A DNA stretch of 64,000 nucleotides from NCBI GenBank assembly GCA_937967455.1, contig CALCJK010000012.1, forward strand, positions 131,422 to 195,421, in the 5' to 3' direction. This document shows, in pieces, positions 29,884 through 38,916 of the stretch. Under the pieces are notes generated by a model. That model was not told the origin of the DNA, did not search any database, and saw only the letters and a list, made by a program, of their open reading frames with translations. Source of the DNA: an uncultured bacterium (GTDB lineage: Bacteria; Bacteroidota; Ignavibacteria; UBA10030; BY39). Every line of letters starts with the position of its first letter. Within the stretch, counting starts at the first letter, position 1. Position numbers and translations under genes: made by a program.

Positions 29884-31617
29884 ATGATGAAACAGAAGAT
29901 CGGTAGTTTTACATTTGTTTTACATACTCATCTGCCTTATGTTATTACTCACGGTAAATGGCCACATGGTTCCGATTGGCTTAATGAAGCAGCTGCAGAA
30001 GTTTACATCCCAATTTTAAATATTTTAAACGAATTATTAGAAGAAGGTTATCATCCAAAACTTTCTATAGGTATTAGTCCAGTTTTAGCTGAACAACTTT
30101 CCGATCCACTTTTCAAAGACACATTTACACATTATCTTCAAGAAAAAATTCTTGCGGCTGAAAGAGACGAAATTTATTTTTATAAAAATGGAGATGCGCA
30201 TCTAAAATCCACAGCTCAATTCTGGATTCGCTGGTATACTGAAAGAAAAAAAGATTTTTGTGAGAAATACAATGCAGATTTAATTTCTGCGTTTAGAAAA
30301 TTAATGGAAGTTGGAGTGCTGGATATTCTAACTTGTGGCGCAACTCATGGTTACTTCCCATTGTTGAGTCAGGATGAAAGTATTGAAGCCCAGGTGAAAG
30401 TTGCAATTGATACGCATAAAGAACTCTTTGGTATAAAACCTAGAGGTATCTGGTTACCTGAATGTGCATATAGACCAAGGTATTTATGGAAACCTCCAGT
30501 CAAAACAGATTATATAATAAATGAATATGAGCGAAAGGGTATAGAAGAAATTCTGGCAAAGTATGGGATTGAATTTTTTGTTATCGATTCTGCAATGTTG
30601 TTGGGTGGTAAACCAATCGGTGTTTACCTTGAGCGTTTTGGTGGTTTAAAAGAAATCTGGGAACAACATCAAAAACAAGTTTCAATTAGATCTGAAGAAT
30701 TTGAAAAGTCCGTTTATGAAATATATTTGGTTGATTCTCCAAATAGTCCTTTATCACCTTCAGTTGCAGTTTTTACAAGGGACCCTAAAACAGCTCTTCA
30801 GGTCTGGAGTGGCGATTGGGGTTATCCCGGCGATGGAAATTATCTGGAATTTCATAAGAAACATCATTTAAGTGGACACAGATATTGGCGTGTAACACAT
30901 TCAGAAGCCGACCTCGCGGATAAATTAAAATATGTCCCCGAAGCTGTAGAAGAAAGATTAGAATCTCATTCCTCACATTTTGTCTATCTTGTTGAAGAAA
31001 CTTTACGCTCATATTATGAAACTACAAAAAATAAAGGGATTCTAACAGCACCGTTTGATACTGAACTCTTTGGTCATTGGTGGTTCGAAGGACCACGTTT
31101 TCTAAAAAAAGTTTTAATGAAAATTGAAAACTCAGGTACGATACAGCTTACAAATACATCACTTGCTTTAGATGAATATGTACCTACTAAAGTTGTTCAA
31201 TTACCAGAAGGTTCCTGGGGCGAAGGTGGTCATCATTTTATTTGGTTAAACGAAAATACAGAATGGACCTGGAAAGAAATTTATAAAAACGAAAAAGTTT
31301 TTAAAGAATTAGTTTCAAAATACTTAGATTATGCAGATGAAAAATTAACCTTCTTGCTTACCCAAGCAGCACGAGAACTTCTCTTATTACAAGCATCAGA
31401 TTGGCAGTTTTTGATCTCTACACAATCAGCTCGCAGATATGCAGAGGAACGCTTTGCTAACCACAATAGCGACTTTAATAGTTTAGTCAATTTTATAATT
31501 CAATATGCAGAGGAAGGATACATCTCTCAAACAGATTGGGAATATGCTAATGAATGTCTTGAAAGAAACTTCATTTTTCCACAAATTGATTTAAAAATCT
31601 GGAAATCAGAAAACTAA
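29884..31617 (+). CDS. GH57-family 1,4-alpha-glucan branching enzyme
   Basis: FVLHTHLPYV..GKWPHG..WLNEAAAEVYIP and WLPECAY, with TELFGHWWFEGP and a C-terminal DUF1957-like helical domain. Confidence 0.85.
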   Translation: MMKQKIGSFTFVLHTHLPYVITHGKWPHGSDWLNEAAAEVYIPILNILNELLEEGYHPKLSIGISPVLAEQLSDPLFKDTFTHYLQEKILAAERDEIYFYKNGDAHLKSTAQFWIRWYTERKKDFCEKYNADLISAFRKLMEVGVLDILTCGATHGYFPLLSQDESIEAQVKVAIDTHKELFGIKPRGIWLPECAYRPRYLWKPPVKTDYIINEYERKGIEEILAKYGIEFFVIDSAMLLGGKPIGVYLERFGGLKEIWEQHQKQVSIRSEEFEKSVYEIYLVDSPNSPLSPSVAVFTRDPKTALQVWSGDWGYPGDGNYLEFHKKHHLSGHRYWRVTHSEADLADKLKYVPEAVEERLESHSSHFVYLVEETLRSYYETTKNKGILTAPFDTELFGHWWFEGPRFLKKVLMKIENSGTIQLTNTSLALDEYVPTKVVQLPEGSWGEGGHHFIWLNENTEWTWKEIYKNEKVFKELVSKYLDYADEKLTFLLTQAARELLLLQASDWQFLISTQSARRYAEERFANHNSDFNSLVNFIIQYAEEGYISQTDWEYANECLERNFIFPQIDLKIWKSEN

Positions 31618-31693
31618 AATTTTTGTGATAAGGGGCATAAATTTTTTTTATCCTATTGATATTAAATGCTATTCTTCATATATTTAAATTGCA

Positions 31694-33760
31694 ATGAAGA
31701 ATAAAACTGATGTTAAATATTATGTTCTTTACTGTTCTTATCTGATTATTATTAGCTTTTCTCTTATTTCTTTTAATTGTGATTTTAAAAAACCTGTTGC
31801 ACCTCAATGGGACATTCAATTAAATTTTCCTCTTGTTAATCGGCCTTATTCAATAGATTCTTTGATAAAAAAGGATCCAGATTTATTTCAGATTAATGCA
31901 CAAAATGGACTTGTAAGTTATTCTTATTCACAAAAAATAATTTCCGATTCAGTCGGTGATAAATTAAGTTTAAAGCCAGAACAACCTAATCCTTTATTTA
32001 TAGATGCAGGAACAATTCCGTATAAAGATTTTACTTTCACAAATTATGTCCCAAATCCAGGTATACCTTCGGGGTTAGTACCACCAGGTGATCTTCCCAG
32101 ATTTACATTGGATTTACCCCCAACTGATCAATTTGATTATTTAGAGTTTGATAGTGGAAAGGTAAGATTAACGATTATAAATTATTGCCCTTTCACAATT
32201 GAGTTTATAGAACCTGTGGTTATTAAAGATAGGGAAAATCAAATTTATGAATTTGTTTTTGGTTCTATTCCACCTCTTTCACAAGGATCTTCAGAAGTTT
32301 CTCTTGAAAATAAAAAGCTTTCGGCACCATTGAAGATGGATACTGTTTATGCAAGAACACCTGGTAGTTCAGGTATAGTAGCAGTTCCCGATTCGATTCT
32401 TAAAATTCAATTATATTTCAAGAATTTGATAATAAAAAGTGCGCGTGCTAAAATTCCACCAACCGAGATTTTCAGGATAAATAACTCAAAATTTATAATC
32501 GATACTTCAGAATATCCATCAAAATTGAAAGTTGCCAGATTTAAAAAAGGCAGCGTAGACTTAAGTATAGTAAACAATTTTGATGTAGCTGCTGAAGTTA
32601 TTTTCCAGCTTCCACAATTTTCTCACAGAATTACGCGACAAATTTTTTATTTAAATAGAATTGTAGCAAGAAAAGATTCATTTTTGCAAAATATTAATCT
32701 ATCAAATTATGAATTCAACTCAAGTTTTCCCACAGATACAATATATTTCAATGCTTCAATCAGGCAATTGGGTTCTGAAAATGATACAACCGATTTTAGA
32801 TTATTTAAATCATCTGATAAGTTAATTGCAAAAGTATTTATTCCGCCTCCTCCAGATAACCTATTTGTGCTTTCGTATATTGAAGGAATTATAAAACCAA
32901 CTGCAATTGATTTTGATACGATACTATATATAAAATTAGGAGAATTACCTGATAAATTTAAATTTGACAGTTTGAAACTTCCAGATTCTAAATTTAATTT
33001 TATACTTTCCTGCCCAAATATTCCGTTAAGATTCAGTGGGAATATTTTGTTTGCGGATTCCTCTTTATATAGAATAACAATTCCTCAAAGTACACTTAAT
33101 GCAAATACCTCAACTACAATATCAATAAGTGGAAATGAATTAGTGTCATCGCTGACGAATTATATTTCGAGGAATAAAAATTTACCAGAAAGTTTTGGAT
33201 TAAATACAAGCTTTTTAATAAATCCTAATTATATCAGTGGGTCGGTAAGTAGTTCCGACAAAATTAATGGTGATGTTGAATTTGATTTACCACTTAATAT
33301 TGGAATTAAAAAGGGATTATTTAGGGATACCTTAACAGTTGGTGATGAGAAAGACGATAATGGGAATAAAGTTGATATTGATTCAACATTTTTAGATAGA
33401 GTCCAAAACGCTGTTTTTAATTTTAATCTAAACAACAGAATCCCAGTTGGATTGAAGCTATCAATAATGTTATTGGATAAAGACAAGAAATTTATTCAAT
33501 ATATACCGGCTTCTGGACCTGTATTAGTCAATCCTGCATCAGTTGGTAGCGATGGTTTCAGCAACAATAATGTTCAGTCAAAAATCTCGATTAATATGAA
33601 CAAAAATGATATCGATACTTTTAATAACTCAAAGTTTGTTGTTGTAGAGCTGGAAATCAACACTTTGCCTTCTACGCAATCAGTAAAGTTAAGAAATACA
33701 GATTATATTCAGGTCAAAGTGTTTAGCTCTTTTAATTATAGATTTAAAAGTGATGATTAA
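31694..33760 (+). CDS. large hypothetical lipoprotein (688 aa)
   Basis: Signal peptide with lipobox-like ISFNC and a beta-rich, Asn/Ser-rich body. No family recognised. The stop abuts the ATG of the next gene. Confidence 0.5.
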   Translation: MKNKTDVKYYVLYCSYLIIISFSLISFNCDFKKPVAPQWDIQLNFPLVNRPYSIDSLIKKDPDLFQINAQNGLVSYSYSQKIISDSVGDKLSLKPEQPNPLFIDAGTIPYKDFTFTNYVPNPGIPSGLVPPGDLPRFTLDLPPTDQFDYLEFDSGKVRLTIINYCPFTIEFIEPVVIKDRENQIYEFVFGSIPPLSQGSSEVSLENKKLSAPLKMDTVYARTPGSSGIVAVPDSILKIQLYFKNLIIKSARAKIPPTEIFRINNSKFIIDTSEYPSKLKVARFKKGSVDLSIVNNFDVAAEVIFQLPQFSHRITRQIFYLNRIVARKDSFLQNINLSNYEFNSSFPTDTIYFNASIRQLGSENDTTDFRLFKSSDKLIAKVFIPPPPDNLFVLSYIEGIIKPTAIDFDTILYIKLGELPDKFKFDSLKLPDSKFNFILSCPNIPLRFSGNILFADSSLYRITIPQSTLNANTSTTISISGNELVSSLTNYISRNKNLPESFGLNTSFLINPNYISGSVSSSDKINGDVEFDLPLNIGIKKGLFRDTLTVGDEKDDNGNKVDIDSTFLDRVQNAVFNFNLNNRIPVGLKLSIMLLDKDKKFIQYIPASGPVLVNPASVGSDGFSNNNVQSKISINMNKNDIDTFNNSKFVVVELEINTLPSTQSVKLRNTDYIQVKVFSSFNYRFKSDD

Positions 33761-35143
33761 ATGCAGCTAAAAATGTATTTGAAAATAATTTTTCTGATCT
33801 TAATTTATCTAAATATAAGTAGTGGTGCTGAGTTGACAAATATGCAGGGACTTGGCATGGCGCGGACCTTTACAGCAGTTGCTAAAGGCATAAATGCTTT
33901 AAACATTAATCCAGCCAACCTTGCTCTTCCAGATAAAAAGTTACTAAATTTTAACTTATTAAATTTTACAGTCATATCTGGTAGTGATCTGATTGATATA
34001 GATTTGTATAATAAATATTTTACAGGTGATGAAAATGGAGAACCTGTTTATCTATACGATGCAGATAAAAGAAAAATTATTAATTCTTTTCCCTCGGGTT
34101 TAGCACAAACGGGTTCAAGTATTAATATAAACTTATTTGCTTTATCACTTAATTTTGAGAGATTAGGTGGTTTTGCTTTGAATATTAATGAACAAGCTGC
34201 TTTAAATTTGATATTACCAAAATCTTATCTTGAATTTATCTTATATGGGAATCCTCTTAATAGCAAATATGATTTTAGTAGAACATACTTTAATGCAATG
34301 TGGTATCGGGAATATTCAATCTCTTATGCTAGAGAAATTCCAGCACCAGATTTCCTGAAATATTTAGCAGCAGGAATTAGTTTAAAGTTAATTCATGGAT
34401 ATGGTTTTGCTGAAGTCAGCCATAACCGCACATATCTGACAACTGATTCAGAATCAAAAATTAGTGGAAGAATAGATTATCAGATAAAGTTATCAGGATT
34501 GAATCTTTTTAAGGATGAAGATAATAGTAAGTATATACCTTTTCCGGCACCAGCAGGTACAGGAATAGGATTTGATATTGGTTTAAATGCTAAGATAACG
34601 GAAGAGTTAATTGTTGGTGTTGCGCTAGTAGATGTAGGAAGAATTAATTGGAAGAGAAATACATATGAGCATGCTGGCTTTACTGAATTTAATTTTGATG
34701 ATCCCAAAACTGGGCAGGAGCAGCTCGATAGTATAGATAATTTAATTAAGAGTACAATTAAACCAATTTCAAGTTTTAACTCTGCTTTACCCACAATTTT
34801 AAGATTGGGTGTGGCGTATCGTCTTGATAAAGCTCCATTTATAAAAAACTTTCCTGGAGAAATGCTTTTAGCATTTGATTATAATCAGGGATTTAATAAT
34901 ATAGCGTGTAATTCCACAAAACCAAGATTTTCATTTGGGGTTGAATATAAACCATGGAAATGGCTGCCTATTAGAACTGGTATTTCAGCTGGGGGAATTC
35001 AGGGATTTAACTGGGCATTTGGGACAGGTATAATATTAAGTTTTTTGGATATTGAATTTGCAACCGAGAATATTGAGGCTGCATTATTTCCAAGCACACT
35101 GGATAGAATATCCTTTGGCTTTGGTTTGAAAGTGAAAATTTAA
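33761..35143 (+). CDS. hypothetical outer-membrane beta-barrel protein
   Basis: Signal peptide. The N-terminal GLGMARTFTAVAKGINALNINPANLA resembles plug/hatch segments of FadL/PorV-like barrels. Alternating hydrophobic strands throughout; family uncertain. Confidence 0.45.
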   Translation: MQLKMYLKIIFLILIYLNISSGAELTNMQGLGMARTFTAVAKGINALNINPANLALPDKKLLNFNLLNFTVISGSDLIDIDLYNKYFTGDENGEPVYLYDADKRKIINSFPSGLAQTGSSININLFALSLNFERLGGFALNINEQAALNLILPKSYLEFILYGNPLNSKYDFSRTYFNAMWYREYSISYAREIPAPDFLKYLAAGISLKLIHGYGFAEVSHNRTYLTTDSESKISGRIDYQIKLSGLNLFKDEDNSKYIPFPAPAGTGIGFDIGLNAKITEELIVGVALVDVGRINWKRNTYEHAGFTEFNFDDPKTGQEQLDSIDNLIKSTIKPISSFNSALPTILRLGVAYRLDKAPFIKNFPGEMLLAFDYNQGFNNIACNSTKPRFSFGVEYKPWKWLPIRTGISAGGIQGFNWAFGTGIILSFLDIEFATENIEAALFPSTLDRISFGFGLKVKI

Positions 35144-35277
35144 CCTGCAATTTTCAATTCAAACAAAATTTGCTTGATTTAGTTTAAAAAAAATGTTATT
35201 ATTTATGTGCTTTTGTTCTTTCTAGTCTAAAAAAAATTAATTAACAAAATTAACAACCACCAAATAGGAGTTTACAT

Positions 35278-37104
35278 ATGAAAAACTTCCTCAAATTTTT
35301 TAGTTTGGTGGCACTTGTAATTGTTCTTGCGTTTGTAGGTTGTAAAGACCAACAAATATATTTTCCACAAGAGCCAATCGTTCAGCAAAATAATTTTGCA
35401 CCACAGTTTCTAAAAGCTTCCCCAAATTCACACATACCCGATCATTACATTGTAGTGTTTAAAGAAGATGTTACAAAAGTTGCTGAAAATGCAAATGTAA
35501 TGGTGAATCAAATTGGCGGGAAACTAAAGTTTGTTTATCAACATGCTGTTAAAGGCTTTGCAGTTCAGGTATCAGAACAAGCAGTAAAAGCACTTTTGAA
35601 CAATCCAAATGTGGCTTATATCGAAGAAGATCAAATTGTGAGTATTAATGTAACACAGTATAATGCAACTTGGGGGATTGATCGTGTGGATCAAAGAGAT
35701 TTACCACTTAGTACAACTTACACATACGACTACACTGGGGCTGGTGTTGATGTTTATGTGATCGATACTGGAATTCGTCTCGATCATGTTGAATTTGAGG
35801 GAAGAGCTGTCACCGGAATTGATATTATAACAAGTGGCGGTACTGCAAATGATGGAAACGGACACGGAACACACGTGGCAGGTACTATAGGTGGTAAAAC
35901 ATATGGGATTGCAAAAGGTGTTAAATTATATGCTGTGCGTGTTCTTAATAACAGCGGGAGTGGTACAGTATCTGGGATAGTCGCTGGAGTGGACTGGGTT
36001 ACGTCGCATCATACTACTAATCCGGCAGTTGCTAATATGTCGCTTGGTGGTAGTGCCTCTACTACACTTGATAACGCTGTTAGAAACTCTATTGCTGATG
36101 GAATAACTTATGTTGTTGCTGCTGGAAATTCATATGCGAATGCTTCAAATTACTCACCTGCACGAGTAACTGAAGCCATAACAGTTGGATCGACTACTAG
36201 TACAGATGGTTTTTCCTCATTCTCTAATTATGGTTCTGTGGTTGACATACTTGCCCCAGGTTCAAATATTACTTCTGCATGGTACACATCAAGTACAGCT
36301 ACGAATACTATTTCAGGAACCTCTATGGCTTCACCACATGTTGCTGGCGCTGCTGCTTTATACCTACAGGCAAATCCAACTGCAACTCCTGCTACAGTGC
36401 AAAATGCAATAGTTAATAATGCAACCCTTAATAAGATTACAAGTGTTCCAACTGGTACACCTAATCGGTTACTTTATACTTTATTCTCCACAACACCTAC
36501 TCCACCTTCTGCTCCAACGCTTTCATCACCTGCAAATGGTGCTACAGGAGTTTCAACTTCACCAACATTGGTTTGGAATGCTTCCAGTGGGGCAACTTCT
36601 TACAGATTGCAGGTATCAACAAGTTCATCTTTCTCTACTTTAACATTTGATCAAAGTGGAATTACATCAACCTCACAAGTTGTATCTGGACTTGCAAACA
36701 GCACAACGTATTACTGGAGGGTAAATGCTTCTAATTCAGCTGGGACAAGTGCCTGGTCGTCAGTGTGGAGTTTCACAACCGCTGCTTCATCACAAACTTG
36801 CACTGGAACAAAATACACAGGTTCACTATCAGGTACAGGGGCTTATCAAATTCAACCAAATGGAACTTATTACTATAGTAGTGTTAGTGGTACTCATAAA
36901 GGTTGCTTGATTGGTCCAGCTAATGCAGATTTTGATTTATATCTACAAAAGTGGAACGGAATTACCTGGGTTAATGTTGCCAGTTCAACAAGTTCAACTT
37001 CATACGAGAATATTTCATATAATGGAACAGCAGGTTATTATAGATGGAGAATTTATAGCTATTCAGGTAGTGGAAGTTATGAGTTCTATATGATTAAACC
37101 ATAA
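35278..37104 (+). CDS. secreted S8 (subtilisin/proteinase-K-like) serine peptidase with I9 propeptide, two Fn3-like modules and a C-terminal PPC (pre-peptidase) domain
   Basis: Lipoprotein-like signal (AFVGC). Propeptide HYIVVFKE. Catalytic triad contexts VYVIDTGI, HGTHVAGT and GTSMASPHVAG. Two PSAP/SGATSYRLQVS...YYWRV-type modules, and an ADFDLYLQKW..W PPC domain. Confidence 0.9.
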   Translation: MKNFLKFFSLVALVIVLAFVGCKDQQIYFPQEPIVQQNNFAPQFLKASPNSHIPDHYIVVFKEDVTKVAENANVMVNQIGGKLKFVYQHAVKGFAVQVSEQAVKALLNNPNVAYIEEDQIVSINVTQYNATWGIDRVDQRDLPLSTTYTYDYTGAGVDVYVIDTGIRLDHVEFEGRAVTGIDIITSGGTANDGNGHGTHVAGTIGGKTYGIAKGVKLYAVRVLNNSGSGTVSGIVAGVDWVTSHHTTNPAVANMSLGGSASTTLDNAVRNSIADGITYVVAAGNSYANASNYSPARVTEAITVGSTTSTDGFSSFSNYGSVVDILAPGSNITSAWYTSSTATNTISGTSMASPHVAGAAALYLQANPTATPATVQNAIVNNATLNKITSVPTGTPNRLLYTLFSTTPTPPSAPTLSSPANGATGVSTSPTLVWNASSGATSYRLQVSTSSSFSTLTFDQSGITSTSQVVSGLANSTTYYWRVNASNSAGTSAWSSVWSFTTAASSQTCTGTKYTGSLSGTGAYQIQPNGTYYYSSVSGTHKGCLIGPANADFDLYLQKWNGITWVNVASSTSSTSYENISYNGTAGYYRWRIYSYSGSGSYEFYMIKP

Positions 37105-37136
37105 AAGTTAATTCATTTCATTTTCTCCCTTTTTAG

Positions 37137-37168
37137 GGCACGGCAATTAAAATCGCCGTGCCTTTTTT
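37137..37168 (+). terminator. intrinsic terminator after the S8 peptidase gene
   Basis: Stem GGCACGGC / GCCGTGCC with a 10-nt loop, followed by TTTTTT. Confidence 0.85.
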
Positions 37169-37611
37169 ATTTTGACAATGATAAAAATTGCTAATTAAAA
37201 ATGTGAGATGGTTGAAATATATATCATGGATGTAATCAGTTCGTAGATTATTATTGTGACAGTACATTGAGATATAGATGGACTACTTGATATGAAAAAA
37301 ATTGGAGAGTGTATTAAAGAAATGTTTTGATAGGCAATAAAATTTTTTTGAGAGGTTACACCCAATATTGTTAGTGGCTAATCTATAATCACCCATCTTT
37401 GAATAAGGGAAATGTGTCTCAGGTATAAAAATGAGGATTACTTTAATTCTTGTAATTCTATTTTTAAGGGAGCTAGGTCTAGTCAGTATTGCTGATTATT
37501 AAAATAAACTGCTTAATGATAGGATTTATCAGAATTCTGAAACTCTTTCAAATTTCTGATATAATATAACGGAAAATTGTGTGATTTTTTGTAAAAAATG
37601 CATTATTTATG

Positions 37612-37626
37612 TGGCATCATTATTGG
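37612..37626 (+). promoter_or_regulatory. candidate sigma-54 (-24/-12) promoter upstream of the serpin gene
   Basis: TGGCAT-CATTA-TTGG has the exact spacing of the TGGCAC-N5-TTGC consensus, but the -12 element reads GG instead of GC. It lies 43 nt upstream of ATG 37669. A sigma-54 activator is encoded downstream in the same co-directional gene run. Confidence 0.3.
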
Positions 37627-37668
37627 AATGAATTATATATAGTGAATCAAATCAAAAAGGAGAATTTT

Positions 37669-38889
37669 ATGAAAAACATTTCATCAATTTTGATAGTGCT
37701 TGTGTTTGTGAACTTCAGTACTTGCAAATATTCTCCTACAGAAAACGAGCAGAGTGAACTTCGATTGTTCACTCAGGCTGAGAAGCAGCTCGTTTCGTCG
37801 ACAGATAAATTTGGTTTGAAACTTTTTAAAAAAGTGAATGAATTCAAGCCAGAGAAAAACCTGTTCATCTCGCCGCTAAGTGTTTCGTTAGCTTTGGGGA
37901 TGACACTCAACGGAGCAAACAACTCTACATACGATTCAATCCGAAGTACACTCGAACATCCTAATATTCCGCAATCAGAAATTAATGAAGCATATAAAAG
38001 TCTGATAAAGCTTTTAACGAGCATCGACACAAAAGTTACATTTAAAATAGCAAATTCAATTTTTCATAGCTATGCTTACATATTCGAGAAAGAATTTATC
38101 GACCTAACCAAGAAGTATTTTAATGCTATAGTGAGGGCTTTAAATTTTTCAGATCCAGCTACTGTCGACATAATTAATCAGTGGGTTAAAGAAAACACGA
38201 ATGGAAAAATTGAGAAGATTGTTGAAGCAATTGGACCCGATATGGTAATGTTTTTAATTAACGCAATTTACTTTAAAGGGACTTGGAAGTATGAATTTGA
38301 TAAAAGTGATACACGGGATGATTGGTTCACACAACCAAGTGGAACACGCTCGCCCTGTAAAATGATGACTCAGAGAGGAACTTTTGATTATTTTGAGAAC
38401 GACAATTTTCAAGCAATCGATTTACCGTATGGCAACCAAGCTTTTAGCATGTCTATATTTTTGCCTAAACAGAATATAGATGTAAACGATTTTATTTCGA
38501 GTATAACTGAATTGGATTGGAATAGTTGGCTAACCAGTTTCAAAAAACAGGATATAGAGCTCTATCTACCAAAGTTTAAGTTAGAGTACGAAATTCAAAT
38601 GAATGATATTTTAACAGCTTTAGGAATGGGTATAGCTTTTGACCCATTCAAGGCAGATTTCACAAAGCTTTATCGTGGACGGGTTTATATCAGCCAAGTA
38701 AAGCATAAAACTTTTATAGATGTATATGAGGAAGGGACCGAAGCCGCCGCTGTTACATCGGTTGAGATTGTTGTGGATACGGCTTTAGGATCATATATTG
38801 TTATGCGTTGCGACCGCCCATTTGTTTTTGTAATTCGAGAAAAGGGTTCCGGAAGTATTTTATTCATTGGTAAATTAGTTAAACCATAA
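37669..38889 (+). CDS. serpin-family protease inhibitor (secreted/lipoprotein)
   Basis: FISPLSVSLALGMTLNGA, NAIYFKGTWKYEFD, hinge EEGTEAAAVT, and DRPFVFVIRE. The start is set at ATG 37669 with AAGGAGA 6 nt upstream, followed by a signal peptide ending FSTC. Confidence 0.9.
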   Translation: MKNISSILIVLVFVNFSTCKYSPTENEQSELRLFTQAEKQLVSSTDKFGLKLFKKVNEFKPEKNLFISPLSVSLALGMTLNGANNSTYDSIRSTLEHPNIPQSEINEAYKSLIKLLTSIDTKVTFKIANSIFHSYAYIFEKEFIDLTKKYFNAIVRALNFSDPATVDIINQWVKENTNGKIEKIVEAIGPDMVMFLINAIYFKGTWKYEFDKSDTRDDWFTQPSGTRSPCKMMTQRGTFDYFENDNFQAIDLPYGNQAFSMSIFLPKQNIDVNDFISSITELDWNSWLTSFKKQDIELYLPKFKLEYEIQMNDILTALGMGIAFDPFKADFTKLYRGRVYISQVKHKTFIDVYEEGTEAAAVTSVEIVVDTALGSYIVMRCDRPFVFVIREKGSGSILFIGKLVKP

Positions 38890-38916
38890 TCATAAAAAAT
38901 TTTTAATGGAGTTTAT

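Noticed and set aside
36185-37093. Four 60-75-aa ORFs in alternate + frames inside the S8 peptidase gene
   Set aside because: They are Leu/Gln/His-rich by-products of the Ser/Thr/Ala-rich Fn3/PPC coding region. They lie wholly within a strongly supported gene and have no start context.
37609-37668. 20-aa N-terminal extension of the serpin from the ORF-track start
   Set aside because: The extension has no signal-peptide character, while ATG 37669 has an AAGGAGA RBS and is followed by a normal signal peptide. The extension would also overlap the candidate promoter.
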